Source of the DNA: Mobula hypostoma
Lineage: Eukaryota
Assembly (NCBI RefSeq): GCF_963921235.1
Contig: NC_086108.1
Location: 62,436,001 to 62,500,000 of the forward strand
Reading direction: 5' to 3'
DNA length: 64,000 nucleotides
Shown here: positions 13,549 to 25,690 of the stretch, one piece after another
How positions within the stretch are numbered: position 1 is the stretch's first letter
Layout: every line of letters starts with the position of its first letter
Translations under genes and position numbers: made by a program
The notes under the pieces: generated by a model
Seen by the model: the letters and a program-made list of their open reading frames with translations, nothing else
Databases searched by the model: none
Told to the model about the DNA's origin: nothing

Positions 13549-14729
13549 AGTCTTGGGGAGGGATATACAGGATGGATAGAACATTGTGATATGGTGAGTC
13601 AAGGGTGGCGATGGATTAATGGGGGATGTCAGAGGGAGAAGCTAGATACCAGGGAATGTAATCAGTTGCAAAATGCTGAGCTATAGGACATGCCAAGTAG
13701 GTCACCCTGTACCAATATCATAGATAGATGACTCAATATAAATTAAACCATGCAGCCCCACTTCCTCTACCTCCCTTGTAACTACAGTGCTGGCATTAAA
13801 GTCAAGGGTTCCTGAAGCCCATTTTGGAAGTGAAGACAGCATGTGGGCACCTTATATGGAAGTAAGGTTAAAGACTTATGTACAGTCCAATGGCTCAATC
13901 TATGTTCTCATTGCATGGGAAATGATGCCTTCAGGTTCTACACTGTTGGCTGTAGTACAACTTCTACTGTTACTGAAAATGGTCTCTTATTTGTTGGCGG
14001 TGATTCTTTCATACACTATGGGTTTGTCCCAGAATAACAGGCAGAGTATAACTGAGTTGCAGCATTGTTGAAGTTGTATCCTAGTCCTTCTGAGGTAAGA
14101 AAAGAAAGAAACAGAGTGTTGATGCCAAGTATTGCGTCTGCAGCATGACTATTTATGGTGCAGCGCTGCAGGGGGTGGGGGGGGTGGTGAGGGTGACCCT
14201 TGTGGAATAAAATTTGAAGCTGTGTCTGCAACAGAAGCATGGAGAGAAATGAGACATGCTAACTAAAAATTTGAAATTAAGGTTGTTTATATCATAGGCA
14301 AAGTATGTTGTGAAGACTAACATGATCTGGATAGCATTATTTGCAAAGAAATGTTTAAGTTTCAGTCTCACTAATGCACACAATAATTATTGGGCTTTTT
14401 ACTCTTGTGTAACAGTAATCTTTACTTAATCAATCAAGAGCAAATATTTATCTGTACTGATGTTCATTTCACTGCTTACTAAGACTGTACACTGTCTTTT
14501 CTTAAAGTTCTCCATCTGTTCTTAATATTTCAATTTTTTTAACACCATTTTTCTCCTCCTCCTGAGCTGACAGTTTCAAAGACATCCGAAGTCCTACCTT
14601 ATCACGTCTGCTGAAAGTTCATGGACTGAAATGCTTACTCTCCTTCTCTCTCCACAGATGTTGCCTGACCTGTTGGCTACTTCTGACATGTTCTGCTTTG
14701 CTTTCACATTAGAACATTCTGGCATCTAT

Positions 14730-14995
14730 GTACAAGTACAGGCAGGCAGAGAGTCTTCCTTCATTCACCTGACAGTTGAGATTTCCAGCAGACATCACTA
14801 GTTTGTGACCAAATGCAGAAACCTTGGCTGGATTTTCCCCTCCTCCATCTTGGGTCATTGAAATCGTTTGCAACATAACCAATTAGCATGTCTGCTGAGA
14901 TCAGCTGAATAGAGCGGCGGCTGATTCCAGCGCTAGTCTACAGGATTCATAACTACACTAGACAATATATTTACACCTGAGCCAGCAAAGGCTCC
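14730..14995 (-). mobile_element. Ancient tRNA-derived SINE remnant, AmnSINE2-like
   Basis: Blocks ccttggctggattttcccctcc, gctgagatcagct and tttacacctgagcca are colinear with my recollection of the AmnSINE2 consensus (reverse strand). Confidence 0.45.
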
Positions 14996-15992
14996 AAAGT
15001 TGGAGTCAGGTCACATTTTCCAGGCCTCAGGGAAACTTTAGTACAGTGTGACTGCAATTCGTACAGATTATTTAAAGCATGGTGCCAGGTGCTGAATTTG
15101 CCATTGGCAACCTATCATTCTGCATTTAACCACGTTACATTGCCAGGCCTTGAAGATGTAAAGCTGAGCCTCGGATGTAAATGTAAGAACAGGTAAACAG
15201 TTCTTTTTTTCTGCCCATTGAGTTTCGAGGGAGATTGCAGAAACTGGCAGTGCTGTAACCTTGGTTTTGCTTATGAGTTAAATATCACAAGGCAGAAAAG
15301 AAAATGTGGAGAAAAGGTAAAATGAAGTACACAAATTGCCACAAAATGCTGCAAAATATATAAACAGGCCTTTTGCTACATAATATGCAGTGGAGAAACA
15401 AATGGTCCTTGGAACAAATATAAAAATATCTAATTTCAGTTTTGACAAATACAAAACACATTCCTGTCAATTTTTGTCAACAGCGCAGAAACAGATCTCC
15501 GTGTCCGTGCTGTTGACAGAACTTATTTCTGTCAATTTCTGTCACCAACACTTGATCCATTGTCTCCTGTGCCTTGGAAATTCAAGAACGCATCCATTTT
15601 GTGTGGTTTAAAATTTTTGAAAATATCCTGATAATCACTGGCTGGGAATTTTTTGTAGCACCCCTCCTGATGTGTTGCATTGCTGGAAGAAGTGTGGTGG
15701 AAATAACAACTGCCCCAAGGCCATTAATTAACCTTCATCATGTGTTCCACAGAAATAAAATAACACTTCATTGCAACAATGAATTGTCACCACAGCAAGC
15801 AACTTCAAACCAGCCTCTTGTGCAGACCCGAGGTGCAAATGTTAATTTATGATTTCATCCAATAACTAATCTGGGTCTGGAAGGTAGTGCTTTCAGTAAG
15901 ATGATAAAGGGGAAGTTATCAAAGGAAAATATGCCTTTGTTAATACTTCTGTCCAGCTCTCTTGAAAGATGATTTAAAAAAGCTGCTGATAG

Positions 15993-16283
15993 CTACACAC
16001 ACAAAATGATGGAGGAGCTCAGCAAGTCAGGCAGCATCTATGAATAAACAGTCGATGTTTTGGCCCAAGACTCTTCTTCAGGACTGGAAAGGAAGGGTGA
16101 AGCCAGGTTGGTTTGAAAGATCAAGGGCTGAAGAGAAAGGAATTTGATAGGAGAGGAGCGTAGACTTAGGAGAAAGGGAAGGATGAGGGGACCTGGGGGG
16201 GAGGTGATAAACGGGTGTGAAGAAGTAAGAGGCCAGTGTGGGGAATAGAAGTTGAGGGAAGGGGAAGGGAATTTTTTTACTGG
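15993..16283 (-). mobile_element. Penelope-like 3' end / pseudo-LTR
   Basis: acacacaaaatgatggaggagctcagcaagtcaggcagcatc, degenerate hammerhead (cttcttcaggact), purine-rich UTR. Confidence 0.75.
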
Positions 16284-16712
16284 AAGGGTTGAGGAGTAAT
16301 AACTATTTCTGAACCTTGTGGTGTGAAGCTCCTGTACCTTTTTCCTGATCACAACAGATAGTAGAGAGCATGTCATGTGTGGTGGGGGTCCCTGATGATG
16401 GATGCCGCTGCATTTCCTGCAACAATACTTTGTGTAGATGTGCATGACCTGAGACGGACTCGGCTGCATCCATTACTTTTTGTTGGATTTTCCATTCAAG
16501 GGCATTGGTGTTTCCATTCCAGAATATGATGCAACCAGTCCATATACTCTTCACTACACATATATTGAAGTTTGTCAAAGTTTTAGATGTCATGCCAAAT
16601 CTCTACAAACTTCTAAGAAAGTAGAAGTGTTGCCTTGCTTTCTTTGTAATTGCATTTGCATGCCAGGTCCAGGTCAGACCCTCCGAAATAATAATGCTGA
16701 GGAATTTAAAGT

Positions 16713-18866
16713 ACGGATCTATCAGCGGTGTCAGCAGAACTCTGCGAACTAAATAAAAGTACAGAAGGGATAAGCAGAGCGGCCATTGTTGGGAGTAGGC
16801 CAGTGGTGAGAGAAGAAGCGACAGGATTTGGTTCGAAATAGGCTTCAGTACAGAAGAGGCATCGGCTCTGTGTAAAGCGTCTGTTAAGGTTTCCTGTTTT
16901 TTCCCTCTCTTGTACCATTTAAAATAGCTGTGGTGTGCTCTTTGTGCCAGATGTTGGAGAACTGGGAGACCCAGAGTCTCCTGGGGAACTACATCTGCGT
17001 GAAGTACATCTGGCTGCAGCTCCTTGAAGACTGTGTTAGGGAGCTAGGGCAGCAACTGGATGACCTTCGGCTTCTACAGGAGAGCGAGGATATAATTGAT
17101 CAAAGTTATAGGGGAATAGTCACCCCGAAGCTGCAGGAGGCAAGTAGCTGGGTGGCCGTAAGGAGAAATGAAAATAGGCAGTTAGAGTGAAGTACCCCTG
17201 TGGCCATTCCCCTCAAAAACAAGTATACAGCTTTGGATACTATTGTGGGGGATAACCTCCTGGGAGAATGCCATGGCGACCAGGTTACAGGCACCGAACA
17301 TAGGTCTGTGGTGCAGAAGGGAAAGACAGAAGAAGGGAGCAGCAGTGATAGGGAACTCAATACTGAGGGGAACAGACAGGAGATTCTGCGGACGTGAACG
17401 GGACACCCAGATGGTATGTTGCCTCCCAGGTGCCAGGGTCAGGGATGTCTCAGAACATTTTGGAGAGGGAGGGGGAGCAGCCAGTCGTCCTGGTACATAT
17501 TGGTACCAATGACATAGGAAGGAAAAGCAAAGAGGTCCTGAAAAGAGGATTTAGAGAGCCAGGCAGAAAGCTGAGAAGCAAGACCTCCCAGGTAGTAATT
17601 TCTGATTTGCTGCTTGTGCCACGCACCAGTGAGGGTAGAAACAGGATGATTTGGCAGATACATATATGGCTGAGAAGCTGGTACAGGGGTCAGGGCTTCA
17701 GGTTCTTGAATCATAGGGGTCTCTTCTGGGGGAGGTATGACCTGTTCAAAAGTGACAGGTTGCACCTGAACGCGAGGGGGACCAAAATTCTCACAGGCAG
17801 GTTTGTTAGGGCTGTTGGGGGGGGCGGGGTTTAAACAAAATTGGCAGGCGGGTGGGAACCAGAGTGAAGGGACTCATGATAGGACGGATAGTAAAAAAGT
17901 AAAGATAGCATGCAGTCAGACTGTCAGGAAGGGCAGGCAGGTGATGGGAGTTAGTTGCAGCCAGTAGGATGGGTATCAAAACATTAGGGATACAGAATCA
18001 GAAAGAATAGCAAATATGGTACTCAAGGTGTTGTATCTAAATGTGCTTAGTAAAAGAACTAAGGTATTGCACTACTACAGGTTGCCAGGTATGATGTTGT
18101 GGCCATCAGTGAATCGTGGCTGAAGGATGGTTGTAGTTGGGAGCTGAATGTCCAAGGTTACACGTTATATCAGAGGGATAGGAAGGTAGGTGGGGGTGGG
18201 GGGTGGGTGAGGCTCTACTGGTAAAGAATGGCATCAAATCAGTAGAAAGATGTGACATAGGATCGGAAGATGTTGAATCATTGTGGGTTGAGTTAAGGAA
18301 CTGCAAGAGTAAAAGGACGTTGTTGGTAGTTATATACAGGCCTTCCAACAGTGGCTGGGAGGTGGGCCACAGATTACAACAGGAAATAGAAAAGGCATGT
18401 CAAAAGGGCAATGTTATGGTAGTCATGGGAGATTTTAACATGCTGATCGATTGGGAAAATCAGGATGGGTAATGGATCTCAAGAGAATGATTTTGTTGAA
18501 TGCCTAAGAGATGGCTTTTAGACCATAAGTCTGCTCCGCTATTCAATATGGCCGGTGAGAGAGTCTAGGACAAGAGGGCACAGCCTCAGGATAGAAGGGT
18601 ACCCTTTAAACATGCGGAGAAATTTCTTTAGCCAAAAGGTGGTGAATTTGTGGAACTTGTTGCCACATACAGCTGTGGAGGCCAGGTCCTTGGGTGTATT
18701 TAAGGCAGGGGTTGATAGGTTCTTGATTGGACATGACATCAAAGGTTACGGGGAGATGGCCGGGAAGTGGGTTGAGGAGGAGCGAAAGAAAGGATCAGCC
18801 ATGATCGTATGGCAGAGCAGACTCGATGGGCCAGATGGCCTAATTCTGCTCCTACATCTTATGCTC
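16713..18866 (+). mobile_element. CR1 LINE with 5' UTR, ORF1 (Cys-rich N-terminus plus SGNH-esterase-like domain) and APE start, joined to a CR1 3' end
   Basis: VCSLCQM..YICVKY; VIGNSILRG, CLPGARV, VHIGTNDIG, DRLHLN; VAISESWL, VMGDFN. TSD TAAAGT at 16707-16712 / 18867-18872. Confidence 0.88.
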
Positions 18867-19192
18867 TAAAGTTGTTGACCCTCTCCACCTCTGATCCTTC
18901 AATGAGAACCGGCTCGTAGTCCTCTTGTTTCCTCCTCCTGAAGCCAATAATCAGTTCCTTGATCTTGCTGACATTGAATGAGAGGTTGTTGTTATGGCAC
19001 CACTCAGCCAGATTTTCAATCTTACTCCGATATGCTGACTCATCACCAAATTTGATTCAGCCTATGACAGAAAGTCATCAACAAACTTGACTACGGCATT
19101 GGAGCTGTGCTTAGCCACAGTCATAAGTATAAAGCGAGTAGAGCAGGAGGCTAAGCACACAGATTTGTGTTATGTCTGTGCTGAGGAGAATG

Positions 19193-21437
19193 TGACCATA
19201 AGACCATAAGACAAAGGAGCAGAAGTTGGCCATTCGGCCCATCGAGTCTGTTTCGCCATTTTATCAGGAGCTGATCCATTCTCCCATTTATTCCCACTCC
19301 CCCGCCTTCTCACCATAACCTTTGATGCCGTGGCTACTCAGAAACCTATCAATCTCTGCCTTAAATACACCCAATGACTTGACCTCCACTGCCGCCCGTT
19401 GCAACAAATTCCATACATTCACCACCCTCTGGCTAAAAAAATTTCTTCGCATCTCTGTTCTGAATGGGCGCCCTTCAATCCTTAAGTCATGCCTTCTCGT
19501 ACTAGACTCCCCCATCATGGGAAACAACTTTGCCACATCCACCCTGTCCATGCCTTTCAACATTCGAAATGTTTCGATGAGGTCTCCCCTCATTCTTCTA
19601 AACTCCAAGGAATACAGTCCAAGAGCGGACAAACGTTCCTCATATGTTAACCCTCTCATTCCCGGAATCATTCTAGTGAATCTTCTCTGTGCCCTCTCCA
19701 ACGTCAGCACATCTTTTGTTAAATAAGGAGACCAAAACTGCCCACAGTACTCCAAGTGAGGTCTCACCAGCACCTTATAGAGCCTCAACATCACATCCTT
19801 GCTCCTATACTCTATTCCTCTAGAAATGAATGCCAACATTGCATTCGCCTTCTTCACCGCTGACTCAACCTGGAGGTTAACCTTAAGGGTATCCTGTACA
19901 AGGACTCTCAAGTCCCATTGCATCTCAGAACTTTGAATTCTTTCCCCATTTAAATAATAGTCTGCCCATTTATTTCTTCTGCCAAAGTGCAGAACCATAC
20001 AATTTCCAACATTGTATTTCATTTGCCACTTCTTTGCCCATTCTTCCAATCTATCCAAGTCTCTCTGCAGACTCTCTGTTTCCTCAGCACTACCGGCCCC
20101 TCCACCTATCTTTGTATCATCAGCAAACTTAGCCACAAAGCCATCTATTCCATAATCCAAATTGTTGATGTACAATGTAAAAAGAAGTGACCCCAACACG
20201 AACCCCTGTGGAACACCACTGGTAACCGGCAGCCAACCAGAATAGGATCCCTTTATTCCCACTCTCTGTTTCCTGCCAATCAGCCAATGCTCTATCCACG
20301 TATGTAACTTTCCCGTAATTCCATGGGCTCTTATCTTGTTAAGCAGCCTCATGTGTGGCACCTTGTCAAAGGCCTTCTGAAAATCCAAATATACAACATC
20401 CACTGCATCTCCCTTGTCTAGCCTACTTGTAGTTTCCTCAAAAAATTGTAATAGGTTTGTCAGGCAGGATTTTTCTTTAAGGAAACCATGCTGAGTTCTG
20501 CCTATCTTGTCATATGCCTCCAGGTACTCTGTAACCTCATCCTTGACAATCGACTCCAACAACTTTCCAACCACCGATGTCAAGCTAACAGGTCTATAAT
20601 TGCCTTTTTGCTTCCTTGCCCCCTTCTTAAATAGCAGAGTGACATTTGCAATCTTCCAGTCTTCCGGAACCATGCCAGAACCTATCGACTTTTGAAAGAT
20701 CATCGCTAATGCCTCCGCAATCTCCACAGCTACTTCCTTCAGAACACGAGGGTGCATTCCATCTGGTCCGGGAGATTTATCTACCTTTAGACTATTCAGC
20801 TTCCTGAGTACTTTCTCTGTCATAATTGTGACTGTGCACACTTCTCTTCCCTGCCACCCTTAAGTGTCTGGTATACTGCTGATGTCTTCCTCAATGAAGA
20901 CTGATGCAAAATACTCATTCAGTTCCTCCGCCATCTCCTTATCTCCCATTACAATTTCTCCAGCATCATTTTCTATCGGTCCTATATCTACTCTCACCTG
21001 TCTTTTACTCTTTATATACTTGAAAAAGCTTTTAGTATCCTCTTTGATATTATTTGCTAGCTTCCTTTCATAGTTAATCTTTTCCCTCTTAATGACCTTC
21101 CTAGTTTCCTTTTGTAAGCTTTTAAAAACTTCCCAATCCTCTGTCTTCCCACTAATTTTTGCTTCCTTGTATACCCTCTCCTTTGCTTTAACTTTGGCTT
21201 TGACTCCTCTTGTCAGCCACGTTTGCATCCTTTTTCCATTTGAAAATTTTTTCTTTTTTGGAATATACCTGTCTTGCACCTTCCTCACTTCTCGCATAAA
21301 CTCCAGCCACTGCTGCTGTGTTGTCCTTTCCACCAGTGTCCCTTTCCAGTCAACTTTAGCCAGTTCCTCTCTCATGCCACTATAATTTCCTTTACTCCAC
21401 TGAAATACTGACACATCAGATTTCAGCTTCTCTTTTT
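19193..21437 (-). mobile_element. Young 5'-truncated CR1 LINE
   Basis: Two long ORF2 segments (20860-21414, 19288-20841) and a (CTTATGGT)n 3' tail at 19193-19212. Confidence 0.95.
19288..20841 (-). CDS. CR1 ORF2 reverse transcriptase domain, open for 517 codons (no endonuclease or promoter, so not autonomous)
   Basis: KSPGPDG, NYRPVSLTS, YLDFQKAFDKVPH, GVPQG, KFADDTK, RPHLEYC. Confidence 0.85.
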   Translation of the reverse strand: MCTVTIMTEKVLRKLNSLKVDKSPGPDGMHPRVLKEVAVEIAEALAMIFQKSIGSGMVPEDWKIANVTLLFKKGARKQKGNYRPVSLTSVVGKLLESIVKDEVTEYLEAYDKIGRTQHGFLKEKSCLTNLLQFFEETTSRLDKGDAVDVVYLDFQKAFDKVPHMRLLNKIRAHGITGKLHTWIEHWLIGRKQRVGIKGSYSGWLPVTSGVPQGFVLGSLLFTLYINNLDYGIDGFVAKFADDTKIGGGAGSAEETESLQRDLDRLEEWAKKWQMKYNVGNCMVLHFGRRNKWADYYLNGERIQSSEMQWDLRVLVQDTLKVNLQVESAVKKANAMLAFISRGIEYRSKDVMLRLYKVLVRPHLEYCGQFWSPYLTKDVLTLERAQRRFTRMIPGMRGLTYEERLSALGLYSLEFRRMRGDLIETFRMLKGMDRVDVAKLFPMMGESSTRRHDLRIEGRPFRTEMRRNFFSQRVVNVWNLLQRAAVEVKSLGVFKAEIDRFLSSHGIKGYGEKAGEWE

Positions 21438-21589
21438 TGAAATGAGAAAAAGAGGAGATGTTGTTGCCAATCAGAACTGACTGGGGTCTTCAAGGTGCAA
21501 GGTATAAAAGTGTGGATTCTTCCATCTATTCCCAGTTTTCCAGCTGAATCTAATTTTCGTTTATCCCATATGCCTTTTCCAGTGATATT

Positions 21590-22209
21590 TAGATTATGAA
21601 GACACGTCGTCCTCTTTTATTGTCATTTAGTAATGCATGCATTAAGAAATGATACAATATTTCCTCCAGTGTGATATCACAAAACACAGGACAGACCAAG
21701 ACTGAAAAACTGACAAAACCACATAATTATAACATATAGTTACAACAGTGCACAATACCATAACTTGATGAAGAAGTCCATGAGTACAGTAAAGTTCAAA
21801 GTTTCTCAAATGTCCCACATCTCACGCAGACGGGAGAAGGAAGAAAAACTCTTCCTGCCATGCCGACCACAATCCGACTCTGAGTCATCCGAAAACTTCA
21901 AGCTCTGATCAGCTCTCCAACACCGAGTACTGAGTGCCATCTCTGTCCGAACGATTCGACCTCCTTCTCAGTCGCCAAAAGCAGGCAAGGCCGGGGATTT
22001 TGAGGCCTACCCTCCGAAAGAATTCACGACCACAGAGCAACGACAGCAGCAAACGCGCGTTTCAGAGATTTCTCCAGGTGTTCCTCTGTGCTTCCACGTC
22101 CATTCTCCATCAAATCAGAATTGTCCATGGCCCCTATTTAACAAATATGATATCATTTTTCACCGGAGGGCTGCGCACACGCAGGCACGCTGCCATCTTC
22201 TCCTCCCGA
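21590..22209 (-). mobile_element. Non-autonomous ~620-bp retroposon-like element
   Basis: Minus strand begins GGGAGGAGAAGATGGCAGC (LINE-like 5' end), is CpG-rich relative to its flanks, and ends TGACAATAAAAGAGG...ATAATCTAAA. Confidence 0.5.
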
Positions 22210-22269
22210 ATTTTAAGGTGATTGTGAAAGTAGGATATTCAAAATTCAGAATCCTATAGTTTTGAGGAA

Positions 22270-22865
22270 CCAAAGGGACTCCAGACACTGGAATCTAGAA
22301 CAAAAGCTGCTGGAAGCAATCAGTGAGAGCAAAATACAAACTTGAGCATAGCATTCTCCAATTTCTGGTAACCTGCTGTCCTGTCTTTCTTCTCTCTCCT
22401 ACAAATCTACCCAGTTCCTCCCACACGCGTCCAACCTGCACCCTGTCCAGAAAATTCCCCAGCCACCCTGTTTCTTTTACTTCCTCTGCTTACTTCATCT
22501 GCCTATCATCCACACTCTCCTTCCACTGACTTCCCTCCCCATGTACCCTCTCCCCCTCCTTTATCCGGTTTGTACTCCACAATCCTTTCCTGTCAGATTC
22601 CTTCACCCACAGCCTTTTGTTGCCTCCACCTATCACCACCTAGCTTCTGCAACTTTTTCCACTCCTCCCTCCTCTATCGGCCTATCGCTCCATCTCACCT
22701 GGATCAACATACTGCTTGCCAGCTCCTACTCTAGCCCTTTCCTAATCTCATTATACTGGCTAACTCCCCATTATTCTTTCAATTGAGGTGAAAGTACTCA
22801 ACCCGAAGTATCAACACTCTTCCTGACCGATTGAGTTTCCTTGACAGCTCGTTGTTTGCTCTAGT
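22270..22865 (+). mobile_element. Degenerate Penelope-like 3' UTR/pseudo-LTR with a short inverted end
   Basis: Pyrimidine-rich UTR similar to 8640-8890; ends cctgaccgattgagtttccttgacagc. Confidence 0.55.
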
Positions 22866-23384
22866 TTTTGGTGATACAGGTACATGGTCAGATCAAAAAT
22901 GGCTGACTCATAATTTCATAGGATGGGTGGTGTTGGGTGCTATTATGGAGAAAATGTTCTCATAGAAAAAGTTGCTATTAGTGTGAGAATAATGTCCTTC
23001 ATCAACATGCAACACAAAGCTAATGCCAGCTCTGCTAAATTGGAATTCAAGACAAGAACTTAACTTAATGATGCACTGCTGGACATGTGATCAACAGTTT
23101 GAAACAGGCCTCACCAGTGCCTGTTAGAGAGATCACCAAGTTGCTTTTTATTAGCTTTTGGCTCGTGTATTTCTATTAGTGCTTGGTGATTAATTGATCT
23201 CTTTAAAGTTGCTGAAGTCCAGAGGGAACAATCTGCCAGGTACTGAAGGACTTTGTCCCGACTTCAAAGCTTTTTGCGTGACTTTGCTGCTCCCAAACAT
23301 GGTTCTATAAACAGACATCACAAGACAAGGAAGACAAGGTAGTATTGATGAATGCCATTTCAGCCACAAATGGACTATTGTAAG

Positions 23385-23915
23385 CATAAGATTCTGCTGA
23401 TGCTGGAAATCCAGAGCAACACACACAAAATGCTGGAGGAACGCAGCAAGCTAGTCAGTATCTATGGAGAGGAATTCACAGGTGAATTTCTGTCCGAAAC
23501 TGTTCATCAGGACTGGAAAAGAGAAGAAAGCAGAATAGTAAGGTGGGGGGAGGGGAAAGAGTACAAGCTGATAGGTGAGACCAGGTGAGGGGGAAGGTGG
23601 GGGAGAGGGGATGAATTAAGAAGCTGGGAAGCGATAGGTGAAAGAGGTAAAGGGCAGAAGGGTGGAGGAGAGGTCAGTGGACCATGGAAGATGGGAGAGG
23701 AGGAGGGGCAGCAAAGAGAGGACATTGGCAGGTGAGGAGAAGAGAAGGGGAGGAGGGAGGCCAGAAAGGGGAAGGGGGCGAGAAATTACCAGAAGTTATA
23801 GAAATCGATGCTTAGACATCAGGTTGGAGATACACATACATAGATGTTAAGGAGATGCTTCTCCAACCTGAAAGTGGCTTCATTGTGTCTGTCGAGGAGG
23901 TCATGGACCGGCATG
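23385..23915 (-). mobile_element. Penelope-like 3' end
   Basis: gattctgctgatgctggaaatccagagcaacacacacaaaatgctggagg, purine-rich UTR, GIY-YIG terminal remnant. Confidence 0.8.
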
Positions 23916-24330
23916 TTTATTGCGTCCACTTCTGGCTGCCAAACTTCAGGAGCAACGTAAAAATGCAGAAAAGATTTACTGGAATGATTGCAGGTATAAG
24001 GAATTTTAATTACCTGGACAGTCTGGATAATCTAAAGTTGTTTTCCTTGAAGCTCAAAGGAGATTGTGGGAGGATTTGAGAGAGATATGTAATATCATGG
24101 GGCGTCTAGACAGAGTAGATAAAGAGAAACTGTTCCCATTGATGGAAGGATTTAAAAACAGAGAGCGTAATTGGTAAAAGGACCAAAAATGCCACAAGAT
24201 AAAACTTTTGTTTTACTGCTGTGCATGATTAGGATCCTGGAATGCACTGCCAGGACTTTGGTAGAAGCACATTCAGTTGCTTCATATGTAATACAGATAA
24301 GTATAGCACTTGAAAGGGAAAAAGGGAGGA
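23916..24330 (+). mobile_element. Old CR1 3' fragment
   Basis: YCVHFWLP, MQKRFTGMI remnants. Confidence 0.65.
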
Positions 24331-24544
24331 AAGCAGGGAAAAAGCCTGTCTACAGGTGACCGCATATCTCGGGTCAATTCTCGTACCTGGATCTCAGTGG
24401 GGTATTTTACAGTAGATACCAGTGATTCAGTAAGGAAATTTGCCACTAGCTCTAGCTACTTTGTAACCCCCCCCCCTTCAGAAGGACCTGTTTGCCTTGA
24501 AGAGGCAGAGACAATATTGAAGCAGTGCAAACCTCTCTTAATTT

Positions 24545-25690
24545 TCAAAGTTCAAAGTTCAAAGTAAAATTTATTATCAGAGTACATACATGTCACCACA
24601 TACAACCCTGAAATTCTTTTTCCTGCAGGCATACTTAGAAAATCTATAGAACAGTAACTGTAAACTATAAACAAACTGTGCAAATACAGAGACAAGCAAA
24701 TAGCAATAAATAACAAAACATGAAATAACAAGATAAAAGAGACCTTAAGTGTGTGTAACTATCCCCTTTTGTTCAAAGCCTGATGGGTGAGGGGTAGTAA
24801 CTGTTCTTGAACCTGGTGGTGTGAGTCCAGAGGCCCTTGCACCTTCTACCTGATGGCAGCAGGGAGAAAAGAGCTTGGCCTGGGTGGTGAGGATCCTTGA
24901 CGATGGATGCTGCTTTTCTATGGTAATATTTCATATAGTTGTGCTCAATAGTTTGGAGGGTTTTACCCATGATGTACTGGGCTGAATCCACTACTTTTTG
25001 TAGGATTTTCCACTTAAAGGCATTGGTGTTCCCATACCAGGCCATAATGCAACCAGTCAGCACACTTTTCACCACATATTTATAGAAGTTTGCTAAGGTT
25101 TTCGATGACATGCCAAACCGCCACAGATTCCTGAGGAAGTAAGGTACTGTCATGCCTCCTTTGCAATAATATTTATATGATGGGTCCAGGACAGGTCCTC
25201 TGTGAGAGAGACACCCAGGAATTTAAAGTTACTGACCCTCTCCACTTCTGATCCTCTGATGATTACTGGCTCATGTAGCTTTGGTTTCCCTCTCCTGAAG
25301 TCCACAATCAGTTCCTTGGTCTTATTGACATTGAGTGAGAGGTTGTTGTTATTACACCACTCAGCCAACTTTTCATTCTCTTTCCTGTGTGCTGATTTAT
25401 CACCCCTTTTGATCCAGCCCACAACAGTGGTGTCATCAGCAAACTTGTATATGGTGTTGGAGCTGTACTTAGCCACACAGTCACAGGTATAAAGCGAGTA
25501 GAGCAGGTGGCTAAGTACACAACCCTGTGGTGCTCCTGTGTTGATGGAGGTTGTGGAGAAGATGCTTTTGCTAATCTGAACTGACTGGGGTCTACAAGTG
25601 AGGAAATCCTGGATCCAATCGCACAAGGGGGTATTGCGGCCCAGGTCTTGGAGTTTACTGATTAGTTTTGAGGGGATGATGGTGTTAAAT
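24545..25690 (-). mobile_element. Rex1/Babar LINE RT and C-terminal fragment
   Basis: [39 protein letters not shown]; (TTTGAAC)n tail at 24545-24565. Confidence 0.92.

Larger units (their letters stand above)
16284..21497 (-). mobile_element. Rex1/Babar LINE split into three pieces (16284-16712, 18867-19192, ~21445-21497) by two CR1 insertions
   Basis: KTLTNFNICVVKSIWTGCIIFWNGN. Sequence rejoins across both inserts (gaatttaaagt|tgttgaccctctcc). Confidence 0.85.
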
